Source: an uncultured Ignavibacteria bacterium
Lineage (GTDB): Bacteria; Zixibacteria; MSB-5A5; JAABVY01; JAHJOQ01
Assembly: GCA_964415885.1 (NCBI GenBank)
Contig: CAYQCE010000006.1
Coordinates: 18,467-82,466, forward strand
DNA: 64,000 nt
Direction of reading: 5' to 3'
How positions within the stretch are numbered: the stretch's first letter is position 1; every line of letters begins with the position of its first letter. Below the pieces are notes generated by a model. That model was given only the letters and a program-made list of their open reading frames with translations, was not told the origin of the DNA and searched no databases. Positions 30,024 to 39,555 of this stretch are shown here, piece after piece. Position numbers and translations under genes: made by a program.

Positions 30024-32960
30024 CTATTTCTTCTTCTTGCGAGAAGTCTTCTTCGTTGCCTTCTTCGTGGTTTTCTTCCCTGCAGACTTCTTCTTTGCCG
30101 CCGTCTTCTTCGTGCTCTTCTTCTTTGCGGCCTTCTTTGCCGTCTTCTTCGTCGTCTTCTTCTTTGTCGTTTTGCCGGCAGGCTTCTTCGTTGTCTTCTT
30201 AGTCTTGCTCGTCTTCTTCTTCGGCGCACTCTTAGCCCTGGTGGTCGTACCGCCACCCTCTTCGATCACTGCCTGCGCTGCTGCGAGACGGGCGATCGGG
30301 ACCCTGAACGGCGAGCATGAGACATAGTCGAGACCGGCGCGATGGCAGAACTTGACCGATGCCGGATCACCGCCGTGCTCACCACAGATACCGATCTTCA
30401 ACTCTTCCTTGGTGGCACGTCCCTTGTCGACACCCATTTCCACGAGCTGTCCCACACCGGTCTGATCGAGAGAGACAAACGGGTCCTTCGGCAGGATGCC
30501 CTTGTCCACATAATACTTGAGGAATCGACCGGCATCATCGCGCGAAAAACCCATCGCCATCTGAGTCAGGTCATTGGTTCCGAAAGAGAAGAACTCAGCG
30601 ACTTCAGCGATCTCATCCGCAGTCAGTGCGGCACGCGGTATCTCGATCATAGTGCCGACCTTGTACTCAATTTCGGTGTTATATTGACGCATCACCTCTT
30701 CGGCAACACGCACAACAACCTCGCGCTGATTCGCGAGCTCATTGACATGACCGACAAGCGGGATCATAATCTCCGGATAGACCTTCTTACCGGCCTTCTT
30801 CAGCTCACAAGCCGCCGTGATGATCGCACGGGTTTGCATCTCGGTTATCTCAGGATAAGTGATTCCGAGACGGCACCCTCTGTGTCCGAGCATCGGATTA
30901 AGCTCGTGAAGCTCCTCGAGGCGTCTTCGGATAACTCTCTGCTTCTCTATCTTCTTCTCATCAGCGCCCTTCTCCTCGAGCTCGCGGATCTTGGCGTCGA
31001 CCTCCTCCATCCTCGGGAGGAACTCATGAAGCGGCGGATCGAGAGTACGGATTGTAACCGGCAGGTCCTCCATCGCGGAAAGAATGCCCTTGAAATCGGC
31101 TTTCTGGAACGGCAGAAGCTTATCGAGCGCCGCCTGCCTGTCGGCCTGCGACTCGGAGATAATCATCTGCTGTACGATCGGCAAACGATCCTCTGCGAAG
31201 AACATATGCTCAGTCCTGCAGAGACCGATACCCTCGGCACCGAACGCCCTCGCGGTAGTCGAATCGTCAGGTGTATCAGCGTTGGTTCGAACTCCGAGCT
31301 TGCGGTATCCATCAGCCCATTCCATGAACTCGCCGAATTCGCCCGAGAGCTCTGGATCGATCGTCTCGACTTCGCCCTTCATAACCTCACCGGTCGAACC
31401 GTTGAGCGTGATGACATCGTTCTCCTTGAATACCTGCGTTCCAACCGCAAACTGGCGCTTGGCCTCGTAGACTCTGATATCCTCGCATCCGGCGACACAG
31501 CACTTGCCCATGCCCCGCGCTACAACAGCGGCGTGCGAGGTCATCCCGCCGCGGGCGGTCAATATACCCGCCGCTGCGGCCATACCGTGAATGTCGTCAG
31601 GATTGGTCTCGGTTCGCACGAGGATTACCTTCTCACCGGTTTCTGCGCGTTCGACCGCCTGATCAGCGGTGAACACAACCTTGCCCGATGCGGCTCCCGG
31701 TGATGCCGCGAGACCCCTGGCAATCACGTCATAATGGGCATCCGGGCTAATCCGGGGATGCAGCAACTGATCGAGGTCCTCGGGACGGACCCGCATCAGA
31801 GCTTCATCGACCGAAATCAGATCCTCTTTGACCATATCGACGGCGATCTTCACAGCCGCCGGAGTTGTCCGCTTGCCGGAACGAGTCTGGAGCATGTAGA
31901 GGATGCCCTCTTCGATAGTGAACTCGAAATCCTGGACATCTCTATAATGAAGCTCGAGCTTATCGGTGATATCGCGGAGTTCCTTGAACACCGCCGGCAT
32001 ATCCCTCTGCAGCTCGATAATCGGCTTCGGCGTGCGAATACCCGCGACAACGTCTTCACCCTGCGCATTGATCAGATATTCACCGTAGAATTCTCTGTCA
32101 CCGGTAGCGGGGTTCCGTGTGAATCCGACGCCCGTTCCGGAGGTGTCACCGAGATTGCCGAATACCATCAACTGAACATTGACACCGGTCCCGGTTTCCT
32201 CGGTAAGATCGTTGAGCTTGCGATATGTTATTGCGCGTGGATTATTCCATGAGCGAAAGACCGCGTCACGAGACATCTTCAACTGACGATTCGGGTCTTC
32301 CGGGAAGTCCTCGCCGGTCTTGTCCTTGATTATCTTCTTGAACTTGTCTGCAACATCCTTGAGATCATCCGCGGAAAGAGAGGAATCGTGACGGACCTGG
32401 CGCTGCTTTTTCTTCTTTTCCATTACATCATCGAAAATCTCTTTATCGATTCCGAGCACAACATCACCGAACATCTGTATAAACCGGCGGTAAATGTCAT
32501 AGGCAAACCGCTCGTTGCCTGTCTTCTCGATCATTCCCTGCAACGTCTCGGAGTTAAGGCCGAGATTCAGCACCGTATCCATCATACCCGGCATAGAAAT
32601 CGGGCCGCCGGACCTGACCGACACGAGAAGTGGATCTTCCTTGCCGCCAAATTTCCTTCCGGTAAGCTTCTCAAGCCTGGCGATTGCCTTGTCGATTTCC
32701 TCTTCGAGCCCGGGAGGGGAACTCATGTTGTTCTCGTAGAAGAGCTTGCATGCTTCGCAGGTGATAGTGAATCCGGGAGGAACCGGGATACCCGCGTTGG
32801 TCATCTCAGCGAGTCCGGCTCCCTTTCCCCCCAGAAGTTCTTTCATCGACCCGTTGCCTTCGGCCTTACCTCCGCCGAAGAAGTACACCATTTTGGGTTT
32901 CTTTTTGCGAGTGCTCTTTTTTGAAGTCCTTTTGGTGGCTCCAGCCGTCTTCCTTGCCAT
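30024..32960 (-). CDS. ppdK: pyruvate, phosphate dikinase with lysine-rich N- and C-terminal extensions
   Basis: The ATG encoding MARKTAG lies 9 nt after AGGAGA. The PPDK core runs from MVYFFGGGKAEG (canonical PPDK N-terminus) through the GGMTSHAAVVARG phospho-His region to the PEP-utilising TIM barrel. In frame before it is a 23-aa basic leader (MARKTAGATKRTSKKSTRKKKPK). In frame after ...AAAQAVIEEGGG is an ~80-aa tail of K/T/A repeats (KKKTSKTKKTTKKPAGKTTKKKTTKK...). Confidence 0.85.
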   Translation of the reverse strand: MARKTAGATKRTSKKSTRKKKPKMVYFFGGGKAEGNGSMKELLGGKGAGLAEMTNAGIPVPPGFTITCEACKLFYENNMSSPPGLEEEIDKAIARLEKLTGRKFGGKEDPLLVSVRSGGPISMPGMMDTVLNLGLNSETLQGMIEKTGNERFAYDIYRRFIQMFGDVVLGIDKEIFDDVMEKKKKQRQVRHDSSLSADDLKDVADKFKKIIKDKTGEDFPEDPNRQLKMSRDAVFRSWNNPRAITYRKLNDLTEETGTGVNVQLMVFGNLGDTSGTGVGFTRNPATGDREFYGEYLINAQGEDVVAGIRTPKPIIELQRDMPAVFKELRDITDKLELHYRDVQDFEFTIEEGILYMLQTRSGKRTTPAAVKIAVDMVKEDLISVDEALMRVRPEDLDQLLHPRISPDAHYDVIARGLAASPGAASGKVVFTADQAVERAETGEKVILVRTETNPDDIHGMAAAAGILTARGGMTSHAAVVARGMGKCCVAGCEDIRVYEAKRQFAVGTQVFKENDVITLNGSTGEVMKGEVETIDPELSGEFGEFMEWADGYRKLGVRTNADTPDDSTTARAFGAEGIGLCRTEHMFFAEDRLPIVQQMIISESQADRQAALDKLLPFQKADFKGILSAMEDLPVTIRTLDPPLHEFLPRMEEVDAKIRELEEKGADEKKIEKQRVIRRRLEELHELNPMLGHRGCRLGITYPEITEMQTRAIITAACELKKAGKKVYPEIMIPLVGHVNELANQREVVVRVAEEVMRQYNTEIEYKVGTMIEIPRAALTADEIAEVAEFFSFGTNDLTQMAMGFSRDDAGRFLKYYVDKGILPKDPFVSLDQTGVGQLVEMGVDKGRATKEELKIGICGEHGGDPASVKFCHRAGLDYVSCSPFRVPIARLAAAQAVIEEGGGTTTRAKSAPKKKTSKTKKTTKKPAGKTTKKKTTKKTAKKAAKKKSTKKTAAKKKSAGKKTTKKATKKTSRKKKK

Positions 32961-33175
32961 ACTGTATAGTCTCCTCATGATATGTAGAATTTCCACCGTA
33001 AATCATAGACTCAATTTGGCACAATTCTACGTAAGTTGAATTCCTCACGCAAGATGTTTCTTGACATAATTGAGCCATAACACCGAGGCGGGCGATTCTG
33101 TTTCAGAAAAGACTAGAACTGTAGGACCCGGTATCAGATTTTCGCTCCGACACGGCGAGCCACGAGCCGCTTCAT

Positions 33176-33493
33176 CTACATGGTGAAGTATCGCTCGCCC
33201 GAGATAATCTTCTCGAGCATCTTGAGGGTCTTCTCCACCGGAGCATGCATGAGATCGTGAGTGTTTAGCGTGCCCTTGGCCTTCTCACGCCGATACTCAA
33301 CCCCATTTGCGCCCTTCAGCCGCTGCTTCTTTTTGTGAGTGAGATTATACAATCTCTGATACTCTCTTGCTTTTTCGCGATGTGCCAGATAATACTTTCT
33401 CTGGTACTCAGCGCGCGCGGCCTTAATTTCCTCAGGAGTCATGTCCTTTTTGCTCTTGCGGCGCTTGGGTTTAGAGATTTGGATCTTTCCCAT
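33176..33493 (-). CDS. small basic hypothetical protein
   Basis: 105 aa, Lys/Arg-rich and helical, with no family recognised. Confidence 0.4.
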   Translation of the reverse strand: MGKIQISKPKRRKSKKDMTPEEIKAARAEYQRKYYLAHREKAREYQRLYNLTHKKKQRLKGANGVEYRREKAKGTLNTHDLMHAPVEKTLKMLEKIISGERYFTM

Positions 33494-33796
33494 AGTACCG
33501 TCCTTGGTTACTGCCGAAATACTTCAGCCCTCTAATTAGCAGTGTTTCAATGACTTACAGAGGTGGTGGAAGCCGAAGCATCCTCCCCGTGTAAGTAATT
33601 TAACAATAATCGGTTAACGTGTCAACAGAAAAGTGCAACAAAATACAGCTTTTCTGCAATGAGTATCGTTGACCTGAAATCCCTGTGAGACAGTTAGATA
33701 CGAAGTACTAAATCATAGGCAAAACCCTCCATACACATCCGCTCTTAACACTCTTATCAACCCTCATAACTCCCTTACCCGCCTACACTTAACGGG

Positions 33797-34435
33797 TCAG
33801 GAGAAATAACTCACCACCATGTAGTACCAAGACTCGATAAATGCTATCCTCTGTACGAAAAGTGAAACTCGAGCCATTACCGTATATCCGAAACTCGATC
33901 CGAATCCGAGCATAAGGATCCAGATTCCGAATTTCGCCGCGCCTCCGAATGCTCCCTTGTGTTCCTTCGAAAAGAAGAAGTACATGAGCCCCGTGAGTAC
34001 ACCGATCACTATAACTATATTCCAAAACTCTGTCAAGGAGGCAAAGCCAAGATTGAGGTCCAAAGTTGCAGAAAGCTGTCTGTTCACACTGTTGTACATG
34101 TAAAGCGGTATTGCAACACCGGACGTGCCAATATAGAATGCGATCGGATAGCGTGATAGCCACGCCAGTTTCTTCGAAAACCTGAACCACATCATTGCGC
34201 CGAGGAGTCCCGGAATGAGGTACCACCATTCACCGGCGATCACCGGATCGAACAGCTTCGGCTTGAGACTGTTCAGTACCAGGAGGACGGCGAAATAGCC
34301 TGCTCCGACACCGACAACCAGATGCTCTGCAAATTTGTAAAACGGGTTGTCCTTATACAGAAAGCTGAACGTCGCGATTGTCAAAAGCACCGCGAGTGTC
34401 GTCCATAAGAGTTCTACAGTCGGGCCATCTTCCAT
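33797..34435 (-). CDS. module copy 3, protein D: 6-TM membrane protein (uncharacterised family)
   Basis: 212 aa. It shares FLYKDNPxYKFxE, FFFSKEHKGAFGGAAK and FGxSFGYTVMARxSL motifs with 37215..37958 and 40814..41503. Confidence 0.7.
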   Translation of the reverse strand: MEDGPTVELLWTTLAVLLTIATFSFLYKDNPFYKFAEHLVVGVGAGYFAVLLVLNSLKPKLFDPVIAGEWWYLIPGLLGAMMWFRFSKKLAWLSRYPIAFYIGTSGVAIPLYMYNSVNRQLSATLDLNLGFASLTEFWNIVIVIGVLTGLMYFFFSKEHKGAFGGAAKFGIWILMLGFGSSFGYTVMARVSLFVQRIAFIESWYYMVVSYFS

Positions 34436-34450
34436 TTACCTCACCTCCTC

Positions 34451-35302
34451 CTACAGCTTAATTTTCTTCTTACGATCGGACATAAGATATCCGATGTTTC
34501 CAATTAGGATGAACAGCACGATGGTCAGATGCGCGACGACCTGTGCAGGCATACCCTGGTTGGCGTCCGCTTCCTGTCCGACAAGCTGTTCATACTCTGC
34601 AGCACCCACCCAGCCTCCAATAAGGCCGAAGAGTGCGTTGCCGAGATATGGATAGTAGTCGGTGGCCATAACTCCGGTCACCCCGAGAGCGAGAGGCATA
34701 TCGTATCTCGCGTTGCCGTAGATGATCCACATATCGGATGTCGTACCTGATGTTATCGTTACGACCCCCTTAAGGTCATCGTAGTTTCGCACCCTATGCA
34801 TGATCGGGAGCTCATCGAGAGGAGTGTCGTAATAGTCTCTCGGGAAAAACACGCGGAAGTTCTCGCCCATTCCGAGGATCACAAATGCCGGGTATGGACG
34901 ATACCCGAGGAAGCAGTAATCCTCGCCATAGACGACCTCTCGGCCATATATCTCCGCTGCATCCTCCGAGACCTCCCGTGTCACCTGCTCTACCATACCT
35001 GCGCCGTACTGCGAAAGAGTGACGGTGACTACCTTAACACCTTTTCGGAAACAGTGCAGCATGATAGCGCGTGACATGGGATGCAGCTCAGCGAGAGAAC
35101 TGGGGTCGTAATCGAACGACATCAGTATCTTCTCTCCAGGCTCCGCATTCTCGATAAAGTTGTATATAGACTTGACCTCATCGGTGGTTACCACTCCCAC
35201 GGTAAACACGCTTCTCAGGAAGTACGCCATTGACACAACGACGAACAGGAAGAGAAAGACCCAGCGCCTGTCAAGTTCTACCATTCTTTCAAATATATTC
35301 AT
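34451..35302 (-). CDS. module copy 3, protein C: bitopic protein with N- and C-terminal TM helices and ~220-aa periplasmic domain
   Basis: 283 aa, paralogous to 37955..38857 and 41505..42368. Shared segments include SFDYDPS..EL.PM..A and GLLGG..GAAEYE. Confidence 0.7.
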   Translation of the reverse strand: MNIFERMVELDRRWVFLFLFVVVSMAYFLRSVFTVGVVTTDEVKSIYNFIENAEPGEKILMSFDYDPSSLAELHPMSRAIMLHCFRKGVKVVTVTLSQYGAGMVEQVTREVSEDAAEIYGREVVYGEDYCFLGYRPYPAFVILGMGENFRVFFPRDYYDTPLDELPIMHRVRNYDDLKGVVTITSGTTSDMWIIYGNARYDMPLALGVTGVMATDYYPYLGNALFGLIGGWVGAAEYEQLVGQEADANQGMPAQVVAHLTIVLFILIGNIGYLMSDRKKKIKL

Positions 35303-35314
35303 ACCGGCATCCTC

Positions 35315-35938
35315 CTAATCTCTACCGAGGTAAGCCCGTTCAATGCCGAGCATGATTTTGAGTGCAGTTGCGACCGCTCCGAGACCGATTCCGATAATGA
35401 TCGCGCGCTTGGCGGCCAGATTCGGGACCTTAAGAATCCATGTAGCGAGATTAGCAACCGGTTCCGAGATGAATCCCATCGGAACGAATCTGATCATTAT
35501 AACCAGGCCCGCAATAAGGAGCAAAGTCGCCAGAACCGATCTGGCCCGGAATGCCCTGAATGCGGCAGAGGCTATAAAGAAAGCGAGCAATGAGAACATT
35601 GTTGCCTGGATCGGAACCAGAATATGGAAGAAAAAGTGCTCGTACACATAGTTGTTCAGATTTCCACCGCCGGGGAAAAAGCCAAAGATCAGCATCACGA
35701 AAAGTCCGACGAGTGTAACAACTGCGAATCCCCAGTTCTCCGATCTACGGCTGATTTTCCCCCAGTTTACCCGAAGAAGTGACCAAATTCCGAGCAACAG
35801 GGCGAACACGCCGATAACAATTGTCCAGTCGATCAGGTACTGGTACATCCAGGCCCAACTGTCGAGCGGGACGAAATACTGGACGACCATGAACACACTG
35901 ACCATGAACACCATTATCAAGGGAATCCGTTGTTTCAT
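35315..35938 (-). CDS. module copy 3, protein B: 6-TM membrane protein (uncharacterised family)
   Basis: 207 aa. It shares SAxFRAFRARxV.ATLLLIAG, NLAxxRAIxIGIxLG and LGIERxYLG motifs with 38866..39549 and 42368..43021. Confidence 0.7.
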   Translation of the reverse strand: MKQRIPLIMVFMVSVFMVVQYFVPLDSWAWMYQYLIDWTIVIGVFALLLGIWSLLRVNWGKISRRSENWGFAVVTLVGLFVMLIFGFFPGGGNLNNYVYEHFFFHILVPIQATMFSLLAFFIASAAFRAFRARSVLATLLLIAGLVIMIRFVPMGFISEPVANLATWILKVPNLAAKRAIIIGIGLGAVATALKIMLGIERAYLGRD

Positions 35939-35950
35939 AACATATCCTCC

Positions 35951-37189
35951 TTACAGATTCACCCTGACAATTTCGCGGAAGCCCTCCCAGCCGAGTGCGA
36001 CTGCGACAACTCCCACCGCCAACAATACCATCACTATCGCCTTGCCCCAGTCCTCGGCTTTGAGCGACCCGAGAAGCAACGGGTCTCTTCCGAGATACGC
36101 CGAGGCGGCATAGAGTTCTTCGCCGATCAGCGTGTAGTCGCATGCCACGACGAAGAACGGAATTTGCGTAACCTGATCGGTACCGGCAATCTGAATTGCA
36201 CCGATTGCGTTACCCGTCTCCGCGAGAATCAGGGATTCTGCAGCGAAGTAACCCAGGTAGAAGTTCGTAGCCGGGAGATCACGAACCATGATACCGTTCA
36301 CACCCGCGACATACGCGAACTGCGCGTTTGTCACGAAGTAGACCTGATCGTCGGAATACTGATCAGGACGACCGGCTTCGAGATATGACGACTTTACGAC
36401 ATCCTGCGCGACCGACATAACGATCGGGTCGTAGCACGGCACGATCAGGTCTGTCTGATATTCCGCGACCTTCTTTGCGACCCTGCCGAGAATAGTAAAC
36501 GACGCGATCGTCGCAATCTCGGCGGCGGTTCCAATTCCGAGAACATACAGTATGGGCTTCCCCATCTCCGTAGCTCTGCCGATAGCCTCATCCACAGCCT
36601 CGATTCCCGCAAGCGGTCTGACAAACAGATCCTTGCCCTTCTTGGCTACCTGGATGAAGTATATCGTGAACGCCGTGAAGAGAAGTACAGCGACAAGTAC
36701 CGGGACCTTGCCAGTGTGGAACCACTGGCCTTTTGCCTGGAAAGGCCCACCGATTTCCGACTCGGTTGTCTGACCTTCCTCGCCTATAGCCACCACCTTG
36801 TAGTAGTAATCCTTGTCGTTGGCCAGGTAATCTTCATTTGCCGGATCGCTGTCCCCGATATCGAAGTACTCGAAGAAAGTCGACGGGGACCGACCTCGCA
36901 ACTTGAACTCACCGTCCGGAGACTCTGCCCGATAGACCTTGAAGTGATCGATCATATCGACGGCCTCCTCCGGATACTCCCATATGACAGTGAGCTTGTG
37001 CCCGTTGTCGTTGGGATGATCCTTGCCGGAGACAATCACCGGTTTTGGTGGAGGTTCTGTCTCTGCCGGTTGCATGAGCGTATCAGCACCCTCTTCTGCC
37101 GGTTCATCCTGCGCCATTACTGCGGCAGGAATCATCAACAGAAGGAGCAGTGCTGAAAGGAAACACGGAAATATGTACTTCATACGCAA
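35951..37189 (-). CDS. module copy 3, protein A: signal peptide + FN3-like periplasmic domain + TM + conserved cytoplasmic domain + C-terminal TM
   Basis: 412 aa, paralogous to 39556..40812 and 43025..44266. The cytoplasmic core IQIAGT....Q.PFFV.ACDYTLIGEELYAASAYL is nearly invariant. The periplasmic part has a Y.YRV/YYYKVVA FN3-like signature. Confidence 0.7.
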   Translation of the reverse strand: MRMKYIFPCFLSALLLLLMIPAAVMAQDEPAEEGADTLMQPAETEPPPKPVIVSGKDHPNDNGHKLTVIWEYPEEAVDMIDHFKVYRAESPDGEFKLRGRSPSTFFEYFDIGDSDPANEDYLANDKDYYYKVVAIGEEGQTTESEIGGPFQAKGQWFHTGKVPVLVAVLLFTAFTIYFIQVAKKGKDLFVRPLAGIEAVDEAIGRATEMGKPILYVLGIGTAAEIATIASFTILGRVAKKVAEYQTDLIVPCYDPIVMSVAQDVVKSSYLEAGRPDQYSDDQVYFVTNAQFAYVAGVNGIMVRDLPATNFYLGYFAAESLILAETGNAIGAIQIAGTDQVTQIPFFVVACDYTLIGEELYAASAYLGRDPLLLGSLKAEDWGKAIVMVLLAVGVVAVALGWEGFREIVRVNL

Positions 37190-37214
37190 CCTCGATGGAT
37201 TTGTAGTGAACTTA

Positions 37215-37958
37215 TTATCCGATCATACCGAGCCAGTCGCCGAACAGGTACTGCATTCGTCCGACGAGCAGAGATATACGCGCCATAACCGTATATCCGA
37301 ATGACGCGCCGAAAGTTATCATCAGCACGATGATACCCATCCTGGCTCCTGCACCAAACGCTCCCTTGTGCTCCTTGGAAAAGAAAAAATAGATGAGCCC
37401 ACAGAAAACGCCAATGAATATAACGATGTTCGATAGCGTCTGGCCGAAGTCGAAACCGGCGGCAGACGATATATATAACGAAAAAGTCGTGTTGTTTATC
37501 TGTTGTATAAAATCGGATCTCAGGTACCGCACAAGATTCAGACCTGCAGTGGTTCCGACAATAAATGCCAGCGCCCATCGGGATATCCAGCCCGCATTCG
37601 GCGCGAGCCTCATCAGAAGAAGGATGCCGAGAATGAGCGGGATAATCATGAGCGGTTCCGCGGGATTATCCTTAAGCGCCGGAAGCACCCCACCGACCAT
37701 CGGAGGATAGAGTTTGCCGAAGAGATTTGGCACCATCGTGCCCCAGAATCCCATGCACATCCAGTAGGCGGCACTCACCCCAACGAACAGATGTTCCGCG
37801 AACTTGTAGTACGCGTTATCCTTGTAGAGGAAAGAGAAAATGAACAGCGTCAGAAACGCACCTACCGTTACCAGCGGACCTTTGAGCGCCACGCTGACCG
37901 CGAAAGCGATTATGACAATACCTAACAGAATCCAGGATGCCAGCTTGCTACCGTTCAA
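37215..37958 (-). CDS. module copy 2, protein D: 6-TM membrane protein
   Basis: 247 aa, a paralog of the other D proteins (FLYKDNAYYKFAE, FFFSKEHKGAFGAGAR, FGASFGYTVMARISLLVGR). Confidence 0.7.
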   Translation of the reverse strand: MNGSKLASWILLGIVIIAFAVSVALKGPLVTVGAFLTLFIFSFLYKDNAYYKFAEHLFVGVSAAYWMCMGFWGTMVPNLFGKLYPPMVGGVLPALKDNPAEPLMIIPLILGILLLMRLAPNAGWISRWALAFIVGTTAGLNLVRYLRSDFIQQINNTTFSLYISSAAGFDFGQTLSNIVIFIGVFCGLIYFFFSKEHKGAFGAGARMGIIVLMITFGASFGYTVMARISLLVGRMQYLFGDWLGMIG

Positions 37959-38857
37959 AGCCGCCCTCCTTCGATTCCGTCTGTCTTGTGTTTCCTCCGA
38001 TGTAAGAAGTAGAGCACATTGCCGAATATTATGAAGAAGATTATGACCATGTGCGAAACTGTCTGGGATACCATCAGGCTCATCCCGGCCATCCAGCGAT
38101 CCTTGTACTTCGGATACTGAGTAATGAGCGCATTCTCGTATTCAGCGGCTCCTTTCGCTCCACCGAGAAGGCCGATCAACTGATTCGGATAGTACGGATA
38201 CAGAAGCGGCGCGGAGACCGCGGTACATCCACCTCCAACCGGAACATCACCCGGATCACCCGCATAGAGCACCCATTCCTTGATACCAGGGAATCCGCCA
38301 CCGAATGAGACGATCAAATCGAAATTCCTTACGTTGTTGATATTCTTCATCATCGGAATGGAGTCGATTGCGGTACCTTTGGCATCGGTGGAGTACATTC
38401 GCTTGAAATCGACCAAGAGCAGCCGAATAAGCCCCTGATTACCAGCTTTGTAGCCGAGGTTCACATAGTCCTCGCCGTACTCATAACCGGGAAACTCCGG
38501 ACGCAGTATGGTTTCTATTGTCTCGCCGGTAATGTTATGACCTGTCGCCCAGACAGCCATCATATACAGCCTGCAGTTTCGCTCTGCCAAGTGCCGCACC
38601 AAGGCGTCTGCCATTGGTTGAATCTCGGGAGCGGTTGTCGGGCCGTAATCGAAGGACAGGAGCACTCTCGAGTCTTCCGGCAGATTCTCGACGTAGTCAA
38701 AGAAAGCCTGCACGATCGGAGTGGTCTCCTCTTTCATCGTTGCACCGACCAGCAGCGGTATTACGACGGCAAATGCGATGAAGACGAAGATAATCCGCCT
38801 GTCGATAAATTGAAGTCTCTCGACCATACTCTGTTTATTTGTTTCGTTCGCCGCCAT
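37955..38857 (-). CDS. module copy 2, protein C: bitopic periplasmic-domain protein
   Basis: 300 aa, a paralog of the other C proteins. It overlaps the D gene by 4 nt. Confidence 0.7.
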   Translation of the reverse strand: MAANETNKQSMVERLQFIDRRIIFVFIAFAVVIPLLVGATMKEETTPIVQAFFDYVENLPEDSRVLLSFDYGPTTAPEIQPMADALVRHLAERNCRLYMMAVWATGHNITGETIETILRPEFPGYEYGEDYVNLGYKAGNQGLIRLLLVDFKRMYSTDAKGTAIDSIPMMKNINNVRNFDLIVSFGGGFPGIKEWVLYAGDPGDVPVGGGCTAVSAPLLYPYYPNQLIGLLGGAKGAAEYENALITQYPKYKDRWMAGMSLMVSQTVSHMVIIFFIIFGNVLYFLHRRKHKTDGIEGGRL

Positions 38858-38865
38858 ATATCAAC

Positions 38866-39549
38866 CTAATCCGTATCCTGTCCGAGATATGTTCGCTCGA
38901 CGCCGAGGATAACTCGCAACGACATCGAAATAACCCCCAGTGCAATGCCGATCATAATTGCTCTCTGCCCGGCAAGGTTCGGCACGTCCATTATCCAGTT
39001 TGCCATTGTCGGTATCTGGAGGAACGACCAGCCACCTGTCAGATCCTGAGTAAGCCAGAGTCCGAACGGGGTCCGTCCGAGCAGGATTATAAACGCCGCT
39101 ATTAGCAGAATCGTGGCCTCGATGTTCTTGGCGCGAAATGCGCGATATGATGCCGATCCGACGAAGAACGCCAGGAGTGCGAACATAGAAGCCTGAAGCG
39201 GCGTAAAGATGTACAAATATAGATCGTTGAAGAGTGAGCCGAAAGCCGCAACGTCGCCCTGAATCCCATCCGGATTGTTAATCTTGAATATTCCAGCCGC
39301 AAGCATTACGAGAAATCCTCCGAGCGTCACCAGCGAAAACGGCCAGTCTTCCTTCTTCCGGTTGACTTTTGTCAGGTGCACGCGAACGAGATTGCCGCCG
39401 CCCAGGAGGAACGCAAAGACCGCGATGATATCGAAATAGAGCGAGAAATCATCCCCGAGGTTGCCGAACGGCTTGTGCGGGATGAAATCCGCGAGAACCA
39501 GAACGGTTCCAACGATGAATGTTATTGCAAGCGGTACGGTTCGTTTCAT
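38866..39549 (-). CDS. module copy 2, protein B: 6-TM membrane protein
   Basis: 227 aa, a paralog of the other B proteins. Confidence 0.7.
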   Translation of the reverse strand: MKRTVPLAITFIVGTVLVLADFIPHKPFGNLGDDFSLYFDIIAVFAFLLGGGNLVRVHLTKVNRKKEDWPFSLVTLGGFLVMLAAGIFKINNPDGIQGDVAAFGSLFNDLYLYIFTPLQASMFALLAFFVGSASYRAFRAKNIEATILLIAAFIILLGRTPFGLWLTQDLTGGWSFLQIPTMANWIMDVPNLAGQRAIMIGIALGVISMSLRVILGVERTYLGQDTD

Positions 39550-39555
39550 TTCAGA

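Noticed and set aside
29918-30256. ORF encoding an extremely Arg-rich peptide (MAVRPPGLRVRRRRRRARLRRQRR...)
   Set aside because: It is an alternative-frame reading of the cttctt-rich DNA that encodes the ppdK lysine-rich C-terminal tail on the same strand. It has no independent signal.
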